From Candidatus Poseidoniaceae archaeon (GTDB lineage: Archaea; Thermoplasmatota; Poseidoniia; Poseidoniales; Poseidoniaceae): a DNA stretch of 64,000 bases. Within the stretch, counting starts at the first letter, position 1. The number at the start of each line of letters is the position of its first letter. The translations under genes and the position numbers were made by a program. Shown here piece after piece: positions 28,108 through 37,023 of the stretch. The DNA lies in assembly GCA_028356125.1 (NCBI GenBank), contig JAOMTZ010000002.1:70707-134706 (forward strand), written 5' to 3'. A model generated the notes under the pieces. It was not told where the DNA came from. It made no database searches and saw only the letters and a program-made list of their open reading frames with translations.

Positions 28108-30924
28108 ATGGGACTTATTGAGAATCTTGGCGCTGTTGCTTCATCCTACATGGATGAAAAAGAGAAATTGGAATCTGCTGATGAAAGGCGTAAGCGTACT
28201 CGTGCGGGCCATGGGTTTTGGCCTCATGAAGCACTACGTGACACATTGATCTTCGGATTCATGGCTTGCGTACTGCTATTTTATGCATGGTTAATTCCAC
28301 CTCCGCTACACAGTGCTGCTGATCCATTCGCCCAGGCAGGTTTCGTATTCCCTGACTGGTACGTACTATTCTCATATGGATACTTACGCTGGGGAGAATA
28401 CCTTCCTCAGTTCGATGTACCCCTTGGACCAGTTGGAGATTTCTTCGGACAGCCAACTTTCCCTTGGAACGCTGCATGGTGGGGTGCTTTCCTAACTGGA
28501 ATCCCAGTAGGAATCCTTGCACTACCTCCTTTCCTAGGCGGCCGAGAGAAGAGACCTGTTGAAGACCCGTGGTTTGCTAGTGCTGGTGCAGTATATCTTG
28601 CCCACATTTGGTTCATCTCAGTATTCTCCATCAACATCTTCTTGGAACTTTACGGTAAAAACAGAAGTGATTACTGTAAATTGGACGGTAATGGTGACCT
28701 AGTTTGTGGCACTAGAGACCCATGGGTTGCTGATCTGTTCAATATGATACCCTGGGTTTTGACAGGCATCCTGTTATGGATTGTGATTTATTTCGTTGCT
28801 AAGTGGCTATTCAATAACGCGTGGGGAGCAAGATTCACCCCCGCTCATGGAAAGAAGTTGATAGTTGGTGCATTCATTGTAGCAACTGCTGCAAGTGTAG
28901 TTTCATACCCAGTTTATGACAATGGTTTCTGGGACGCTAAGGGATTACTCACGATTTCAGATTATGAGGAATTAGAGGAAATGCGTTCTCAACCAAATGA
29001 TGTTCAAGTAACCGAGAGAAATGAATTCATGGATACACAAGGCTTCGAAGGAGATATTGTTCCAGCCTCAGCTTGGATGGATTGGATTATTTACCAACCT
29101 GCGAGATATTACATGATCGATTTCGCCGATAACAACGGACATCAGGATCTGGAATCTGGAGTCAACGGTGCTACAGGAATAGATAATTACACTGCAGATG
29201 AATACATCTGGGCTACTGGGTCGTTCCAAATTACAGATGGTACATCGATGAACTACTGGCCTGATGACAGTGACTTTACCACGGTTCCTGTTGACGCAAC
29301 TTGTTCTACAAGGGCTAGTGAAGTAATTATCGACGATGGAGATTCAACCTCTAAGATGATTCAATCAAGTCTAATTGTCTCAGAACATGACTCTGGTGAT
29401 GTAATCATAGAAACTGACTGTAACACTGGAGAATTGGGTATCGAACTTCCTGCGGGAACTTATGACTATGAATTCAAGGTAGAATCTACTGATGGTCTCC
29501 TCAACAATGACAGCGTTATTGTAGAGACTACATTCGCTATCAAAGCATACCAGCCACTCCTATTGTACGGAGAGAGTGCAGGCAATGGACTTGCAGGACG
29601 TACTGTAGATCTTTCTAACTCAACTGCACTTGAACTCGAAGGAGATTATGCAGGAGTTGTAGAAAACCCAACCTACCACGTTAACCCTAAATCGTTGGAT
29701 GCAAAGTTGACCTATGCAATGTTCATTCCATGTTTGGCTGCTGGTGCAGGCGTATTTGTTGTCCTCCGAAATATGGCTAGAGGATATGAGTTTGAGATGA
29801 ACAAGTGTTACGGGTGTGACCTTTGTGACGATGCTTGCCCGGTTAGATTATTCAATGCTGGTGACAAGTTGAACATCATTTACAATTCATGGAACAATGA
29901 AGACGATGGAGTCCCGATGTACTCGTGTCTCACCTGTACAGCATGTACTAATGCCTGTCCTCAACTAGTAGACTACGACTCATATGTTGACATACGTCGA
30001 ACACTGATTGTAGGAGGGCCTGCTGCAGAGATTCCTCACACTGTTTTACAGGCTGTTCTAGCTGCTGAAGCAGAAGAAGACAGTGATGCAGACTTCGTGG
30101 CTGTTGAAGATTACCCAATAGACTCCAATGTAGGATATTACCCTGGATGTGTAGATTACCTTGACCAGGAGATGGTATTTAGCCACCTAAACGAAGGTGA
30201 CATGAACCTAGGGGACACCACAACTGCTGCTTTCACTCTGTTTGAAGAGATGGGAACAGAAGTGTCATACCTCGGACGTGATTTCTTGAAGTGCTGTGGT
30301 CACGACCAAAAGTGGCAGGGACTTGACGAAGTGTTTGACAAACTGAAGTCTTACAATCAAAAGAAGATTGAAGCATCCGGCATCGATACTCTTGTTTCTT
30401 CCTGTGCAGAGTGTTTCAGAACATTCGCTCGTGACTACGAATTAGAAGGGATCAAGGTTATGCATACAACCGAGTATCTTATCGAAAACGGATTCGATAT
30501 GGAAATGAAGGTTGAAGATGAACTAACTGTAACTTACCATGACCCATGTAGACTAGGTCGACAAATGGGAATTTATGATGAACCTAGAGAGCTAGTTGCG
30601 GGAGTCGAAGGTGTTCAACTTGTAGAGATGGAGCACCATGGTGAAGATGCAATGTGCTGTGGAGTTTCAAGTATGATGTCATGTAATGAGAATGCACGTG
30701 CCCTAAGAGTTTCCAGAATGGAAGAGATTAGAAACACAGGTGCTGACATGATGATTACTTCCTGTCCAAAGTGTGTATCTCACTTCGAGTGTCTGAAATT
30801 CGAAGGTGATGAAAGACACGATATCGAAATCCTCGATGTTGTATCCTTCCTTGCTCGTCAAGTCGATGCAAAGAAATCACTTGCTGAAGAATCCACCGTA
30901 ACACCAGTTACTGCTGAAGCGTAA
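28108..30924 (+). CDS. Fusion: cytochrome b C-terminal/subunit-IV-like membrane domain + extracytoplasmic domain + 2x[4Fe-4S] ferredoxin-like + 2x CCG cysteine-rich domains (HdrD/GlpC-like)
   Basis: The FPDWYVLFSYGYLRW (PEWY) motif and 5 TM helices occupy res 35-270. A hydrophilic domain spans res 271-533, followed by TM6. The Fe-S motifs are CYGCDLCDDACP and CLTCTACTNACP. Two CCG repeats are present (LKCCGHD...SCAEC; DPCRLG...MCCGVS...SCPKC). Confidence 0.85.
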   Translation: MGLIENLGAVASSYMDEKEKLESADERRKRTRAGHGFWPHEALRDTLIFGFMACVLLFYAWLIPPPLHSAADPFAQAGFVFPDWYVLFSYGYLRWGEYLPQFDVPLGPVGDFFGQPTFPWNAAWWGAFLTGIPVGILALPPFLGGREKRPVEDPWFASAGAVYLAHIWFISVFSINIFLELYGKNRSDYCKLDGNGDLVCGTRDPWVADLFNMIPWVLTGILLWIVIYFVAKWLFNNAWGARFTPAHGKKLIVGAFIVATAASVVSYPVYDNGFWDAKGLLTISDYEELEEMRSQPNDVQVTERNEFMDTQGFEGDIVPASAWMDWIIYQPARYYMIDFADNNGHQDLESGVNGATGIDNYTADEYIWATGSFQITDGTSMNYWPDDSDFTTVPVDATCSTRASEVIIDDGDSTSKMIQSSLIVSEHDSGDVIIETDCNTGELGIELPAGTYDYEFKVESTDGLLNNDSVIVETTFAIKAYQPLLLYGESAGNGLAGRTVDLSNSTALELEGDYAGVVENPTYHVNPKSLDAKLTYAMFIPCLAAGAGVFVVLRNMARGYEFEMNKCYGCDLCDDACPVRLFNAGDKLNIIYNSWNNEDDGVPMYSCLTCTACTNACPQLVDYDSYVDIRRTLIVGGPAAEIPHTVLQAVLAAEAEEDSDADFVAVEDYPIDSNVGYYPGCVDYLDQEMVFSHLNEGDMNLGDTTTAAFTLFEEMGTEVSYLGRDFLKCCGHDQKWQGLDEVFDKLKSYNQKKIEASGIDTLVSSCAECFRTFARDYELEGIKVMHTTEYLIENGFDMEMKVEDELTVTYHDPCRLGRQMGIYDEPRELVAGVEGVQLVEMEHHGEDAMCCGVSSMMSCNENARALRVSRMEEIRNTGADMMITSCPKCVSHFECLKFEGDERHDIEILDVVSFLARQVDAKKSLAEESTVTPVTAEA

Positions 30925-30965
30925 TCTTAACCAGTGTTTAACGGGTTAAAATTGATTAACGATTA

Positions 30966-31754
30966 GTGATTAGTATCTGCATGGATTACGATAGTCAGAC
31001 ACTGGTTGCATTGAAAACCATTTGTAAAGACCGTGGTCTAAGAGTAAGTGAAAGCAAGGCAGAGGTTGTAATCAGGTTAATTGAGGATGATGAATCTAAA
31101 TCACCTCAGCCTATTTCGATACAACAACCAAATGTAGTTCAGCAGCAGCCAGTAACTCATATAATTGTCAACCAAAATGCAGACCTCACCTTACAAATCA
31201 CAGGTATTGGGATAATATTGTATGGGTTTTTCAGAATCGGAATGGCATTAATATTCTCAGATTGGCGACCTGATCAATCTTTCATGGCATTATTAATTGG
31301 CTTGGGTTATTTATTCGGAGGAACACTAACACTCCAAGGTTACAAGCAAGGATTACAACTGACTCTGATAGTTCTAGCGATATCCGGTATTTTGTCATTG
31401 ATTTATCATGATGATTTGAGCCCACTATCTATCGGGATGGACGGCACTTGGCCAATTGGGTTCTCGGTAATTTGTTCCGGAACTTGTATGCTGATAGTTG
31501 CAATTCCACTACTAGGCCCAGCAGATGCTTCATTCAAACAAGGCCATCCGAGTTACCTCAATGCACTAATGAACACTGCAGACCTTGCGTCTCCACTCCC
31601 CATCACATCAGGTTCTTTAACAAGCCAAAGAGCGCCAGTGGAAACCAAAATAGTAATCACGTGCCCACAGTGTAGTGGCTCAATGAAGGTACCTTCAGAT
31701 TACAAAGGTAGTGTTAGATGCCCTAGGTGTAAAGAAAAAGTGAAAGTTCAATAA
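30966..31754 (+). CDS. Membrane protein with N-terminal SAP/Rho_N-like motif and C-terminal zinc ribbon
   Basis: LVALKTICKDRGLRVSESKAEVVIRLIE fits the SAP helix-extended-helix motif. About 4 TM helices follow. The C-terminus has CPQCSGSMKVP...CPRCKEKV. ATG 30981 is the likely start. Confidence 0.55.
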   Translation: MISICMDYDSQTLVALKTICKDRGLRVSESKAEVVIRLIEDDESKSPQPISIQQPNVVQQQPVTHIIVNQNADLTLQITGIGIILYGFFRIGMALIFSDWRPDQSFMALLIGLGYLFGGTLTLQGYKQGLQLTLIVLAISGILSLIYHDDLSPLSIGMDGTWPIGFSVICSGTCMLIVAIPLLGPADASFKQGHPSYLNALMNTADLASPLPITSGSLTSQRAPVETKIVITCPQCSGSMKVPSDYKGSVRCPRCKEKVKVQ

Positions 31755-31779
31755 TCAAATTATTTGGATTAGTAAACTT

Positions 31780-31801
31780 CCAATTGATGTCATTCAATTG
31801 G
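31780..31801. terminator. Perfect 8-bp hairpin between convergent genes (possible bidirectional terminator)
   Basis: The sequence is CCAATTGA-TGTCAT-TCAATTGG. It lies 26 nt after the + gene stop and overlaps the stop of the minus gene at 31790. A T-rich tract (tgtttcgtcttctt) follows on the + strand. Confidence 0.35.
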
Positions 31802-32074
31802 TGTTTCGTCTTCTTCCATGCCCCTAATTTCATAGTTTGAAGGGAATAAAGCAACTATGACACCAGCAATCAAGAAACCAAGTCCTAATCCGAACTTCTG
31901 TTCTACAAACAAGAACTCTAAAGCTAAGACAACAAGAAGCAGACCACCAATGTTTGAAACCCAAACTAATGTTTTGAAAGTAGAAAGTGAGACACCGGTC
32001 GTATTTTCCCCTCTGGATGGCCCAAATTCTCCACCGAAACGTTGTGCTCCATCGTGCTCTGGTTGTTTACTCAT
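31790..32074 (-). CDS. Small 2-TM membrane protein, last gene of the asnB-gshA-like operon
   Basis: 94 aa with two hydrophobic helices. It starts 4 nt after the ferredoxin gene stop. Confidence 0.4.
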   Translation of the reverse strand: MSKQPEHDGAQRFGGEFGPSRGENTTGVSLSTFKTLVWVSNIGGLLLVVLALEFLFVEQKFGLGLGFLIAGVIVALFPSNYEIRGMEEDETPIE

Positions 32075-32078
32075 TCAA

Positions 32079-32411
32079 TCACCTGTCAATCATTGTAATC
32101 GCGTCTGTTGGACATGCTAACACACAGAGCCTACACCCAGTGCAAGCATCACGTATAATCTTGGCTTTGCGATTACTAGGAACCTCTAGTAAAGGTGAAG
32201 CCATGTCTTTGAAGTAAAGTTCAATCGCATCATCATCACAAACGATTGTACATTGGTCGCATCCGATGCAGAGGTTTTCAGTGACCCAAGCCACTGTTCC
32301 TTCACCTCCTTTGATCATTGCCCTTTTCTCACCCTTCTGCCTAGCCAGAGAGATAGCAATTCGTTCAGCCTCCGCTGCACGACGCTTGGCTAAGTCCTCA
32401 GAGGAAGTCAT
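32079..32411 (-). CDS. 2x[4Fe-4S] ferredoxin with a charged N-terminal extension
   Basis: CIGCDQCTIVCDDDAI and CTGCRLCVLACPTDAI are present. It overlaps the upstream membrane-protein gene by 4 nt. Confidence 0.8.
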   Translation of the reverse strand: MTSSEDLAKRRAAEAERIAISLARQKGEKRAMIKGGEGTVAWVTENLCIGCDQCTIVCDDDAIELYFKDMASPLLEVPSNRKAKIIRDACTGCRLCVLACPTDAITMIDR

Positions 32412-33055
32412 TCAGTTGCCTCCAAGCGGTGCTCACCTTCAAACCTAGCGACCGATATGTTCACCAACAAATCCCCTAAACAATAGAATGCACCAACTAA
32501 TAATGGTGGATTCCAAGCTGTTAATCCAGTCCAGGGCACATCATTAGCCCATGTCCAATTGGTAAGGTATGTGCCCCAAAGTTCCATCAAAAGCGCAGCC
32601 CAAGCCATTGTTGCATACAATGCAGGCTGCGGTCCCCACTTGGTGAATACGAGAACTAGTATTAGCAGAATCAACCCTGAAGTATCTCCACCAGTCCAAA
32701 CTCCGTAAATAACGAATGGAATGAATGGAGCCAATGATAACAACGCTTTTTCGACAGGTAAATATTGAGAAATCCTTCTACCTGCATCGAATAAAAACCA
32801 ATGGCCAACTGGAACGAATAAAGGCATCATTCCTCTTTGATACTCGTAGATTAGCCAAACTTCACTGAAGAACAATTCCATTGGAGTTGCAAAAGCCAAA
32901 ACTGTCAGCATTTCAATTCGTTCTTTACGCTCTGCTTTGTAGAATAGAGCAAGGAATAAACCGATACACCAGATGTTCACTGGTAACTCTGCATATTCAG
33001 CACTTACAAATAGACCAATACCAATAGTAAGTGCATAAATTGCAACTCTCTTCAT
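32408..33055 (-). CDS. Polytopic membrane protein (about 7 TM), unknown family
   Basis: 215 aa, Trp-rich and hydrophobic. No motif was recognised. Confidence 0.55.
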   Translation of the reverse strand: MKRVAIYALTIGIGLFVSAEYAELPVNIWCIGLFLALFYKAERKERIEMLTVLAFATPMELFFSEVWLIYEYQRGMMPLFVPVGHWFLFDAGRRISQYLPVEKALLSLAPFIPFVIYGVWTGGDTSGLILLILVLVFTKWGPQPALYATMAWAALLMELWGTYLTNWTWANDVPWTGLTAWNPPLLVGAFYCLGDLLVNISVARFEGEHRLEATE

Positions 33056-33066
33056 GGAAATCCCCT

Positions 33067-34050
33067 TTATTGTAATTCAATGGATACGCCTTCAGAACGC
33101 ATTACTTCGATTATTGATTCAATGACGGCATTAGAAAGTCTCTCTGGTGCATGAACTCCAGAACCAAGCATATCCGGCTGCTTTATCCATTCCAAAGCAC
33201 AGCATGCTGTAACCAAACCTGTAGTGCGAGCCATACTAGAGTCTCCACTCATGCCACTATCTTCAATTATCCATCTCTTTTCATTATTACCAGATATGAT
33301 ATGGATTTCCATCCAAGTAAATTCTTCTTTTGATGGATCCATCTTCCACGCATCTACTAATTCTTCAGGATTCAAATTAGATTGCTGATATTTCTGAATA
33401 TGACCTGGCCAGCGAACTGTGTATTCCCCCATACTCTTTGCAGGAGTATCGAGAAGAGAACGCAGACCATCAGTTAGGAAAGCCTCCATTGCCCTTCCAT
33501 TGGCATCTATAGCATGAAGTTCAGTCATAGCAGGAACTTCCGATACCTTGCCATTCGCAATAATCCTAGCTGGGCGTGTATATTCTGCGATTACATCATG
33601 GGGCGAAAATGGGGCCATATACGACCAACCAGAATCGGGGGTACTAGGATTGCCACCCACCTTGATGGTAACAGAATCCAGTTCTCCATATTCACGAACT
33701 GCCATTGATACGAGCATATTAGAGAGTCCCGGGGCGATTCCAACATCCCACAATATTGAACTGGTAACATTTTCTAAATTGTCAGGAGTATATTCGCTGA
33801 ATGATAGGTCGACAATCCTCTGCCCTGTTCCTTTCAGAAGTTCTGTTGCTTTGTTACCAAGCGAACCTGGCAACATATTGATGATCAAGTCTGCACTACT
33901 ATGGTCGGCAATTAATGCATTTCCAAGATGGAATGTAGCATCGGTATTTCTTTCAATAATGTCGAAAAGATGAACATCGAGACCTGATTTAACCAATCTG
34001 CGAGTCACAAACAAACCGACTAATCCACCACCCAAACAATGAATTTTCAT
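33067..34050 (-). CDS. Saccharopine dehydrogenase-like NAD(P)-dependent oxidoreductase
   Basis: The N-terminal Rossmann motif is KIHCLGGGLVGLFVTRRL. Also present are GIAPGLSNML, VGGNPSTPD...WSYMAPFSP, YTVRWPGH and ARTTGLVTACCAL...GVHAPE, as in the Sacchrp_dh N/C domains. Confidence 0.65.
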   Translation of the reverse strand: MKIHCLGGGLVGLFVTRRLVKSGLDVHLFDIIERNTDATFHLGNALIADHSSADLIINMLPGSLGNKATELLKGTGQRIVDLSFSEYTPDNLENVTSSILWDVGIAPGLSNMLVSMAVREYGELDSVTIKVGGNPSTPDSGWSYMAPFSPHDVIAEYTRPARIIANGKVSEVPAMTELHAIDANGRAMEAFLTDGLRSLLDTPAKSMGEYTVRWPGHIQKYQQSNLNPEELVDAWKMDPSKEEFTWMEIHIISGNNEKRWIIEDSGMSGDSSMARTTGLVTACCALEWIKQPDMLGSGVHAPERLSNAVIESIIEVMRSEGVSIELQ

Positions 34051-35258
34051 TCTGCTCTCACCATCTGTTTGAGTGATTCAGCACCCATTGCAAGCATTGA
34101 CAATTCTGCAATCAAGGCGTGCCAGCCATGCGCATGCTCGCCATATGCAGTTCCAACCTCACTGTAGGGGTGGAACTTTGCAGAAGGGGAATTGAGGTTT
34201 TCCATTTCGCCTTTCTTTGGATTTATTCTGTAAAACCATGAAGCCGCTTCACCATCCACAAGATATACAACCGGTTCGACAGGAGCCCCATCAGAAGTTT
34301 TGATGTTCGTTGGGACGCCTTCTTGAATCAAGAAGTTCTCGACATCGACTCCTCCTTTAGAATACATTAATCTCTTGAATTTACGATTTGAAAGTGTGAG
34401 TAATTCATCTCCACTGCTCACAGCCATAATTCCCAAACCGTAGGTTCCACTATCGTTTTTGATGAATGCTACTGGTTCTCTATCAATACCTAGTGATTCG
34501 TATCTTGCAGTGATTCTAGCTAGGAACTCATCGACTTCAGATGCCAGAATTTTTCGGCATGTTTCTTTCTCTAAGCATTTACCCTCACTGACAAACCAAT
34601 CTGCCAAAAGATGCCATGAATCGATGTTCAAAATTTCTGCAATCTCATCAACATACTCTTGCAGGCAAGCATAGTGTTCAGATTTCCTGCGCCTTTGCCA
34701 ACCCATATGCGGAGGAGGTGAGACTTGATGTGCGCCCAGACCATCGACCATCCCCTCTGTCAAATCATTGTTTAGCATTATCAAATCAGGTTTCTTCCCA
34801 TCGATTAGAAGAGATTCATCTTCGACTACAACCATGTCCAAGAGCAGTGGTCCTGTGATACCATCAAGTGATCCGTGACCCTCTAATTCAGGAGAGCCAA
34901 CCGTACATCTAAATCCACCATTCTCAATCAATCTCTTGATGGTGGCGACATTTTCGATATATCCTTGATTTCGAGTATGTGATTCGGGATAAAGGTGAAC
35001 CCATTTACATTCTGGATTTTGCCGCAGGATGTGATCTTTGAGTAAAGAGGATAACCTTTCGACATCTTCAATAGATATATTATTGAAACCTGCAGGAAAG
35101 TGATTCGCATCGACAACTGCGACTTTCCAACCACTGTCTCGGATGTCAACACTTCCATAAATCGGAATTGGTACTTCTGAACGTTTCTTAGACATCCATT
35201 TCGTAATCAATTCACGGTTCTCTTCTAAGTGTGCTGATAAATCATGAACTGTAGACAT
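34047..35258 (-). CDS. GshA-type (PF08886-like) glutamate-cysteine ligase family protein
   Basis: The N-terminal block PIYGSVDIRDSGWKVAVVDANHFPAGFNNI matches my recollection of the compact bacterial GshA family ([26 protein letters not shown]). Substrates cannot be read from the sequence. Confidence 0.55.
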   Translation of the reverse strand: MSTVHDLSAHLEENRELITKWMSKKRSEVPIPIYGSVDIRDSGWKVAVVDANHFPAGFNNISIEDVERLSSLLKDHILRQNPECKWVHLYPESHTRNQGYIENVATIKRLIENGGFRCTVGSPELEGHGSLDGITGPLLLDMVVVEDESLLIDGKKPDLIMLNNDLTEGMVDGLGAHQVSPPPHMGWQRRRKSEHYACLQEYVDEIAEILNIDSWHLLADWFVSEGKCLEKETCRKILASEVDEFLARITARYESLGIDREPVAFIKNDSGTYGLGIMAVSSGDELLTLSNRKFKRLMYSKGGVDVENFLIQEGVPTNIKTSDGAPVEPVVYLVDGEAASWFYRINPKKGEMENLNSPSAKFHPYSEVGTAYGEHAHGWHALIAELSMLAMGAESLKQMVRAE

Positions 35259-36970
35259 TAAATCACCTCTTGTAACAAATCAGATACATCTCCAACTCGT
35301 TTATTCCTTCCACCATCTAGGATGTGCATCGCTTCAAACAAACCTAATCCGATTGCGATTTCAGGTTGTTTTAGCAAAGTCCTTTCAAGGCCCTTATTCT
35401 TCTTAGCAATCCCTTCGACAAAGGGATTCAGTTCATCTAAAAGAGAGTCTATCATCCTTGGAGAAGTTGCTCTACCAGCAGGTAGTTTTGGCCTTCTAAC
35501 AATCTCTTTTGGAAGATTGGTCAGATCCGCTGCAGCCCTCAGTGCTGCTTTTTCTTCCAAATTGGCAGGCAGCCTCCAATCCATAGGTAATTTGTGTGAA
35601 GCATTTCGGTGTCTGCTTCCAAGGAATGGAACTCTAACTTCTAGACCATGCGCCATTGAGTGCCGATCAACCAAACGTAACTGGAAATTTGATAACTGCC
35701 CATTATCAATTTCGAATTGTAGGAAATCCTGTAATGATTTAGTGTGAATTTCAGGAGAGTGGTTTTCATTCCACCAACCATCACTATCAAGATTAGTTAC
35801 TTCTGCATCCATTTCATCCAGACGTTCCCTAACCATTGTCGAGTGGTTGTTTAGTTCACGGTACCGTGGATATCCAGCATGCAGTTCGTCAGCACCTTGA
35901 CCACACAAGCCAACTGTAACAGATTCTGACATCTTTTCAAATAACGGCTGGAAGAATAATACCGTTACATCCAAATCTTCACCATGCCATGCTAAATCTG
36001 GTAATCTAGAATGAAAAGTATCTGATTCCAGAATGTGTTGGTGGTGTTGCAAATCCAGTCTGGAAGCCACTAGTTCAGCAGCCTGCCAATCAGGATTATC
36101 TTCACTTTCAGCGACTGTCCAACAAGCAGGAATCGGTTGTTGAGCTATTTCTGCTGCTTCTGAAGCAACAGCGCATACTAAACTCGAATCTAGTCCTCCA
36201 GAAAGCACAATTCCAACTGGAACATCTGACATTAACCGATCACTTACGCTCAGGGTGAATGATTCAAGCAAACCTTCGGGGTCATCCCAACTAATTTCTG
36301 GTTCGATTTTTTGAGTTTCGAATTGGGCGATACTTGTCATCTTAGGATAGCCATTCACTAATTCCCATACTTCGACAGTACCTGGTCTGACTTGATGAAC
36401 GTCTGCAAACAGTGTAGTTCCGTCAAGAGGATACTCCCAAGCAATTCTTACTTTCATAGCAAGATTATCAATTGCCGGAACATAATCCTCGTGGGCCCTG
36501 AGTGCCTTAGCTTCAGAAGCGAATAGTAGAGTATCTCCAACTAAAGTTCGCATCAGTGGCTTAATCCCCACTGGATCTCTTGCCAATATCAATTGGTTCT
36601 CAGACCAAATAGCAAATGCAAACATTCCATCTAATTGCGAAATCCATTTCGCATGTTCACCAGCGTTTGCTTTACCTTTGTGTAATGACAAAATCACTTC
36701 ACTGTCACCATTAGTAGTGTAACCATAACTCTCACTTTTCAAAGATAAGTGGTTGTATATCTCACCATTAACAATTCCAACTTTTCCTGGCCCGTAAATC
36801 GGTTGAGGAGAACCTGCTACATCGACAATAGCAAGTCGAGAATGTGCAAGTCCGCATTGGTCATCTGCGAAGATACCGTGACCATCGGGCCCACGGTGCT
36901 TCATCAGCTCAATCATCCTTGACAGAACTACTCTGTCAGGCTGACCTAGCATTCCGCCGATGCCACACAT
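35258..36970 (-). CDS. asnB: Asparagine synthase (glutamine-hydrolysing) family amidotransferase
   Basis: The Ntn nucleophile start is MCGIGG. The GATase-II block is RGPDGHGI...LAHSRLAIVD. The synthetase PP-loop is GIVLSGGLDSS. The upstream 20 codons of the listed ORF (to 37030) were discarded so that Cys2 follows Met. Confidence 0.85.
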   Translation of the reverse strand: MCGIGGMLGQPDRVVLSRMIELMKHRGPDGHGIFADDQCGLAHSRLAIVDVAGSPQPIYGPGKVGIVNGEIYNHLSLKSESYGYTTNGDSEVILSLHKGKANAGEHAKWISQLDGMFAFAIWSENQLILARDPVGIKPLMRTLVGDTLLFASEAKALRAHEDYVPAIDNLAMKVRIAWEYPLDGTTLFADVHQVRPGTVEVWELVNGYPKMTSIAQFETQKIEPEISWDDPEGLLESFTLSVSDRLMSDVPVGIVLSGGLDSSLVCAVASEAAEIAQQPIPACWTVAESEDNPDWQAAELVASRLDLQHHQHILESDTFHSRLPDLAWHGEDLDVTVLFFQPLFEKMSESVTVGLCGQGADELHAGYPRYRELNNHSTMVRERLDEMDAEVTNLDSDGWWNENHSPEIHTKSLQDFLQFEIDNGQLSNFQLRLVDRHSMAHGLEVRVPFLGSRHRNASHKLPMDWRLPANLEEKAALRAAADLTNLPKEIVRRPKLPAGRATSPRMIDSLLDELNPFVEGIAKKNKGLERTLLKQPEIAIGLGLFEAMHILDGGRNKRVGDVSDLLQEVI

Positions 36971-37023
36971 AGATGAATCCCTAATCAGGTTACTTTTGAC
37001 ACCTTGTATTGAACAGGCGCACA

